Made by a program: the position numbers and the translations under genes
From: Caldisericota bacterium
GTDB lineage: Bacteria > Caldisericota > Caldisericia > Cryosericales > Cryosericaceae
DNA: 64,000 nucleotides
NCBI GenBank assembly: GCA_026390155.1
Contig: JAPLGL010000092.1
Coordinates: 630 to 64,629 of the forward strand
Direction of reading: 5' to 3'
Notes under the pieces: model-generated
The model's input: the letters and a program-made list of their open reading frames with translations, nothing else
The model's database searches: none
What the model was told of the DNA's origin: nothing
Shown: positions 58,699 through 64,000 of the stretch, piece by piece
Numbering within the stretch: the stretch's first letter is position 1
Layout of the letters: each line of letters starts with the position of its first letter

Positions 58699-60512
58699 GA
58701 CAGGTCTTCGAGCCCCAGTTCCTTCAGTCTTTCCTTCGTAGGAACGCTGTCCGCGCCCCACCCTCTCAGAGAATAGTACTCGCCGAGCATCTTGTCGAGG
58801 TCTTCGACTTCGCCTTTGGAAGGACCTGACGCGATCGGCTCGTTGAGGATTCTCGGAGGCAGGGTATCATCCTTTCCGGTGAGCCCCGACTTCAGGTTGA
58901 AGAGTTTCTCCATGTTCCAGATTCTCTCGCCGATCTTCAGGAACTCCTTGTCGTCACACTCGAAACCGGTAGCAGCTGAGTAAAGCTGCGCAAGGTCCTT
59001 GGCCTGCAGTCCAAATGTCGTGAACAGGCACGTGCCTGACGAATCGAGTGCTGCGGTCAGGTCCTGCAGGAACTTGGTGACAGCGGCCTTGCCCTCGTAG
59101 ACCAGCCTGTCGAGGCCGGGCGAAAGTACCTCAGCAGCGATGGTGTAGCCCCTGACGTGGCAGGCCCCTCTGTTGCTGGTTGCATATTCCAGACCGATTC
59201 CCTTGATGCCTCTCGGGTCATAGGCAGGGAACTCCTGCTTCTTCACCGACATGGACAGCTCTGGATGTTCATAATGCTCACCAAGCCGGTAGGAACCCTG
59301 GGCGAGCAGTTTCCCAAACGCATCCTTCTGCTCTCCCATTGCCCGAATTGACTCTACAAGCGCGTCCGGGTCGCCGAACCTCAGGGGGAAGGGCGCATCT
59401 TTGGCAGCCATGTACCCTTTCTCATAGAGTTCCATCGCGCAGGCGACGGTCGATCCGGCAGAGATCGCGTCGAGACCATACCGGTCGCACAGGTAGTTTG
59501 CCATGGTGATGGCATTGAGGTCCGAAATGCCGCACATTGCCCCAAATGCCCAGAGAGGCTCATACTCAGGCCCACCGCCGTGCTCGCCCTTGTACTTGCC
59601 CTCTGTGATCGCGGTGATTCTTCCGCACGCAATAGGGCAATCGCAGCATCCTTCATTCCGCACCAGGTTCTGTGCCCGCAACGTCTCGCCGCTGATCTTG
59701 TCCGCTTCAGGGAAATACGCGTCCTGCGCGTTTCGTACAGGAAACGAACCGATGGAGTTGATGATGTTCACAAGAACCGCGGTTCCATACAGGGGAAGTC
59801 CTCCGCTCGCAACGGGGTTCTGTGCGAGGATCTCTCTTGTGGCCCGCACTGCTTCCAGGAACTTGTCATGGTCAGCGACGGTGACGCCCAGATTCCCTCG
59901 TATGACAATACCCTTGAGGTTCTTGCTGCCCACGACGGCTCCGACGCCTGTTCTGCCCGAAGCTCTGTGCCCATTGAACATGACATTGGCGATCATGGAC
60001 ATCTTCTCACCGGCAGGTCCGATTGCCATGGTCTCTGCTTCGAGGTGCGTCTCCTGCCTCATCAGCTGGTCAGTCTCATTGACCAGTTTTCCCCAGAGAT
60101 GTTTGGCATCACGGAATTCCACCTTGCCCTTGTTGATCCAGAGATACACAGGCTCTGCGGACTTGCCCTCCAGGACGATCATGTCGTACCCGGTTCTCTT
60201 GAGCATGGGTCCGAAATAGCCGCCGGCGTTCGAGCAGGCGATCGTGTTGTTGAGGGGCCCTTTGGTGATCACCATCACCCGGCCCGACGACGGTGCCGTC
60301 GTCCCATCCAGCGGACCTGTTGCGATGATGACCTTGTTCTCAGGAGCGAGGGGGTCGACCTTTGGATCGACTTCATCACAGATGATTCTCGTGCCGTACC
60401 CTCTGCCGCCGATGTACCTCTTTGCCCAGTCTTCGCGTAACGCTTCTTCCTTCACCGTACGATCCGTGAGATTCACCCTGAGGATCTTGCCCTGATAGCC
60501 GCCGTCGATCAT
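58695..60512 (-). CDS. aor: Aldehyde:ferredoxin oxidoreductase catalytic subunit
   Basis: GGRGYG, GSKNLK, CCDCPIAC, GPEYE, YDPRG and RGACH. Confidence 0.92.
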   Translation of the reverse strand: MIDGGYQGKILRVNLTDRTVKEEALREDWAKRYIGGRGYGTRIICDEVDPKVDPLAPENKVIIATGPLDGTTAPSSGRVMVITKGPLNNTIACSNAGGYFGPMLKRTGYDMIVLEGKSAEPVYLWINKGKVEFRDAKHLWGKLVNETDQLMRQETHLEAETMAIGPAGEKMSMIANVMFNGHRASGRTGVGAVVGSKNLKGIVIRGNLGVTVADHDKFLEAVRATREILAQNPVASGGLPLYGTAVLVNIINSIGSFPVRNAQDAYFPEADKISGETLRAQNLVRNEGCCDCPIACGRITAITEGKYKGEHGGGPEYEPLWAFGAMCGISDLNAITMANYLCDRYGLDAISAGSTVACAMELYEKGYMAAKDAPFPLRFGDPDALVESIRAMGEQKDAFGKLLAQGSYRLGEHYEHPELSMSVKKQEFPAYDPRGIKGIGLEYATSNRGACHVRGYTIAAEVLSPGLDRLVYEGKAAVTKFLQDLTAALDSSGTCLFTTFGLQAKDLAQLYSAATGFECDDKEFLKIGERIWNMEKLFNLKSGLTGKDDTLPPRILNEPIASGPSKGEVEDLDKMLGEYYSLRGWGADSVPTKERLKELGLEDLS

Positions 60513-61000
60513 GGGTTCACCCCCTTCGCCATCTCTGCAGCAATCCGTCTGTACGTCTGCGCAACACCGTGCTGTTTGCTGGAGACAACATCCTCGACTT
60601 CAACATAAGTCAGCGCCTCAGGCTTGCAGACCTTGACGCAGGCAGGATCGCCGCTGCAATGGTCGCACTTGATGATCTCCTTGCCCAAATGATTGACCCT
60701 GATGGAACCCCAGGGGCATGCCACGACACACTGCTTGCAGCCGATGCACTTCTCCTTGAGGAAATCGACCAGGCCTGTCGTGCCGTTCTTGACCAGTGCG
60801 GTGGTGGGGCAGACCTGAGCACAGTACGGCGTCTCACATTGGCTGCAGACAGTCGGGACGAACATCAGGTCTTCGCGGAATTCGATCACATTGACGCGCG
60901 AATCGAGTGGATTGAAGACTCCCGTCTTTTCGAACGAACAGGCGTCCATACACGCCCTGCACCCGGTGCATTTCGCTGGCTCAAGCACCAGTACCTTCAT
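60509..61000 (-). CDS. 4Fe-4S polyferredoxin (AorA-like)
   Basis: Four Cys motifs, e.g. CTGCRACMDAC and CIGCKQCVVACP. Confidence 0.88.
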   Translation of the reverse strand: MKVLVLEPAKCTGCRACMDACSFEKTGVFNPLDSRVNVIEFREDLMFVPTVCSQCETPYCAQVCPTTALVKNGTTGLVDFLKEKCIGCKQCVVACPWGSIRVNHLGKEIIKCDHCSGDPACVKVCKPEALTYVEVEDVVSSKQHGVAQTYRRIAAEMAKGVNP

Positions 61001-61264
61001 GCTCACGCCTCCCTGTTTCGATTCCCTTTCCGAATGCGGGAGGTATAAGAGTTTTCCCCTATGCCCTATTGGCTTCACTCCGTAGCAGCTGCCGTAGGCC
61101 ATGAAGCTCGGGTACCCTTCTTGTACCTTCTTTCAAGGAATTGTCAATGATGTCACGAGACACAGACGGCCGGTGAAAAGCCGGACAGTTATGTCGTGTC
61201 GTCGCGAACGTTCGGTCGTGACTTGCGGAATGCGGCGGAAGGGAGTGGACGCCCCCGTGCCGCT

Positions 61265-63065
61265 CTAGTGTCTGGTGGATGCCTGTTTCGGCCGGATGAT
61301 GATCGTGTGCGTGGGGACGCCGAGAGTATGACGGTACTTCAGTACATGGCGCACGTCGTCCTTGAGGAAGGTGCCGTCGGTCATCCAGACGGAATAGCCA
61401 AAGGGGTACTGGAAGGGTGGCACGAAGATCTCGGTGGGCAGGGTGACGCTCGGGTCGTGACGGAAAGTAAAGCGCATGACCTTGTGGCGCATGTCATAGG
61501 AGAGTTGGAGAGGTTCGCCGGCCGTGGCGATCGGGTATGGGCGAACGATGGCTCGCAGGGCCCGCCCGCCCTTGTCGAGAACCCTTGGGTCCCGGCCCTG
61601 GTCGGCACTCCAGATAGACAGATCTTCGCCGTTCCAGCCGTCGCCTCTCTCATTGGTGTTGCTGGCCGTGTAGTTCCAGATCGTGGCTGAGCAGAGACTG
61701 CCTTCGACAGCACAGAGACTGCGGTCCATGAGCGCCTCCTGCTCCCGGTAGTCGCCTGTCTTGAATGCCCATCCCCCGCGAAGGTCGAACGTGATGCCGA
61801 TCTCGCCGATGACGGTCGGTCCGTGCAGGCGCTCGGTTCCTGCGCTGCGGATGGCCGCCAGCTGCAAGGCGAAGCTGCGGCGCACCGTCCTTGCCCCGAG
61901 GACGATGCGGTTGCGAACTGCGTCATACCCGAGCCACGGACTCGATCGCTTCAGCAGCAGCTGAACGACATCGTACCAGTGGGGTGCGGACACGAACCCC
62001 GAGCACTCTTCTCCAACCTGCGGCGGCAGAGCCTGTGGCTCACCTTCAGCGAAGATGAGTGCGTTGGGATCTACCGATCGGACAGCGTCTGCGTAGCGCC
62101 GTATGAAGGGGACCAGATAATCCCGCTCGAAGTCGACTTCTCGACCGTGGACGCGCGAGAAATAGTCTGGAACAAGCAGTTGGGGCTTGCCCTCCCCGTC
62201 CACGGTCCAGACCCCATGCTCGCGCCAGATGCACGGCCTGCCGTCCTTCCACGTCCGGACATGTCCAGTGTTGAGCAGTCGGTGTCCTTGTTGCCGGGCG
62301 CCTCCCAGTCCCATACCCCAGACGCCCACCTCCTGCTCTATCCCGTCGCCCAGTGCAAACGACTGCACAGGCGTCGGCTGAAGGTCTACCTTGAGCAGGC
62401 TGTCGAACGCTGTGAGGTTCTTCCATCCAATGTACCCGTGCGACGGCTCATTGAACGTGTCATAGCCCAGGACACCCGGCTTCCCCTTCAGGCTCCCCGC
62501 AACCTGGAGTACGTCGAGCGGGTCGTCCAGCTGGCAGGGGGCTCACGTTGGTCGGCCAGATGACATGTGAGAACGGATCTCCGTGCGTCTGATGCACGAT
62601 GGCGGCACACGTTTCCGCGAACCGCGTCATGTCAAAGCCGACCGCCTCCAGCGTCCATCCCGGTGCCCCGTCGCCCCCCGTGAACCTGCTCCAGACGTCC
62701 TGGTGCGGATCGACGAACACGGTGAAGCCCATGTCCCCTGCTAGCTGGACGACCTGCTCGAGGTAATCCAGGTACGCGGTATCGTAGAGTCCCGGCCCCG
62801 CATGCTCGATCGCCTCCCACGTCACCAGGAACCGCAGCGTGGTCAGTCCCCACGACTTAAGGCGCGACAAGTGTTCTACCGCCTCAGACAGAGGAAGCGG
62901 CCGACCCACGAACGAGACCATGCGGTGGTCGAAGAATCCCTCTGAGTGATGAGTCGCGCCGTCGGGGACGGTTGGCACCTTGGTGTCGCCCCCCAGATTG
63001 ACGCCGCGCAGGAGGAGTACGCGCCCCGCTTCGTCCTTGAACCAGCTCTCGTCAGGATGGATCAT
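61265..63065 (-). pseudogene. GH5 endoglycoceramidase-like glycoside hydrolase, disrupted
   Basis: LRGVNL, TWEAIEH, DPHQD, GDGAPGW in one frame; GYDTFNEP, HWY, IGEIG and WNY in another; break at about 62500-62545. Confidence 0.8.
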
Positions 63066-63149
63066 GTCACCACTCGAAGAAAGCCGGGTTCCGGCTCAGA
63101 CCGGAAAAGGCAATGAAGAGTCCGCCGGCCCCACAGAACCTGTGAGCCA

Positions 63150-63629
63150 TCACCGAGTCCCTGCGGCATTCATTGTGCGGACGGCGCGCGCGGAGAACGG
63201 GAGCAGGTCGATGATCTCAGCCGCTTCATCCCCGGTCAACCCGAACACCTCCATGCGTGCCCCGTAGTCCTGCAGGACGAACACCTGATCTCCGTCGCGT
63301 GTCAGGGCAATCTGCCACCACCAGAGAGACTCATGGCCGGAACCGTGCCCCCCGGAGACAGCCTTGGCGACAGCGGGCGTGACTGCACCCCAGAACATCA
63401 GTGCTCCATCTTCGCGCCGGCGTTCGATTGTTTCGGCGACCGGCATGAGCAACTTGATGGCGTCCGTGTCTTCCCTCTGACACACGACCTCGAATGTCCC
63501 CGAACGACGCAGGACAAACTCAGCAACGGGTACCCAGAACGCTGTTGAAACAGCAGTTTCGACACCGGGCAACATGCCTCTCAGGTCAGGAATCGTGATA
63601 CGCAGCGACGAGAGCTTGTCGGTCGTCAT
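63150..63629 (-). CDS. Hypothetical protein
   Basis: 159-aa ORF with plausible codon usage. Confidence 0.5.
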   Translation of the reverse strand: MTTDKLSSLRITIPDLRGMLPGVETAVSTAFWVPVAEFVLRRSGTFEVVCQREDTDAIKLLMPVAETIERRREDGALMFWGAVTPAVAKAVSGGHGSGHESLWWWQIALTRDGDQVFVLQDYGARMEVFGLTGDEAAEIIDLLPFSARAVRTMNAAGTR

Positions 63630-63743
63630 GTCACCGCCGGCATCACCTGGACATCTGTCGCCACCATCTCAGAACCCATTGTGCTCCCTGTTCTCGTACG
63701 ACCTGAAGTCTTACGCCACAAGTGTACCCTGCGTAGCAGGTAA

Positions 63744-64000
63744 TCAAGATGCACCCACGACGGGGTCATGGATGAAGCGCACCAGTTCGCGCCAAGGTCC
63801 AATGTCGAAGAACCGTCGCGCCAACCCCGAGGTCGACGGCAGGACCCATACCGCCGTCCGACCGATGCACTCCTGTTGCCTGCCCTGCATGGCTCTCCTT
63901 CTCAGGAATTGACCGGCCACGGTCTTGCTGGTGAATGCCAGCACGCGCGGCTGCCATCGCAGGACCTTTGCCGTCAGCAATCTGCGCGCCTCGTCCATGT
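63744..64000 (-). CDS. mug: Mug/TDG-family mismatch DNA glycosylase, 3' part (cut by the window edge)
   Basis: PRVLAFTSK and VWVLPSTSG motifs. Confidence 0.65.
   Translation of the reverse strand, partial: MDEARRLLTAKVLRWQPRVLAFTSKTVAGQFLRRRAMQGRQQECIGRTAVWVLPSTSGLARRFFDIGPWRELVRFIHDPVVGAS

Noticed and set aside
1-64000. rRNA, tRNA, transposase, integrase or phage genes
   Set aside because: None recognised in the sequence or the ORF track.

Overview
A 64 kb bacterial window, mostly GC-rich with several AT-richer patches, from an anaerobe. A stalk/copper-amine-oxidase-N-domain surface protein and the gene content are compatible with Caldiserica (Cryosericum-like), but this is inference only. 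It has four blocks. (1) 0.3-16 kb: OsmC, secreted proteins, GT2/PlsY, a four-gene proline-dehydrogenase/sarcosine-oxidase-like complex, a divergent Liv-type ABC importer (livH carries an in-frame TAG that is probably a base-calling error) and a long aldehyde:ferredoxin oxidoreductase (AOR). (2) 16-32.7 kb: a layered arsenic/thiol-redox island. It holds arsR-arsD-split arsA1/arsA2, arsF-arsG-arsE-arsP, three pairs of half-size ArsP-like permeases with PadR regulators, ferredoxins, a HdrA-like protein and OsmC. Four copies of one GTTGCC-N6-GGCAAC operator link several of these loci. (3) 33-39.7 kb: a surface protein, a hydrolase, and the glycyl-radical hydroxyproline dehydratase HypD with its activase. 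(4) 39.8-56.5 kb: the most unusual block, a same-strand array of cassettes. Each cassette is a secreted protein plus a lipoprotein or membrane partner, headed by a copy of one promoter module (GTTAC-N6-GTTAC, 10 nt, then a -10 hexamer). One cassette runs into an ABC exporter and an OmpR-type two-component system. This is a candidate autoregulated, modular effector/immunity arsenal. The window ends with an aorABC-like operon with moaD, a broken GH5 gene and a partial Mug glycosylase. All product calls come from motif recognition by eye; no database searches were run.
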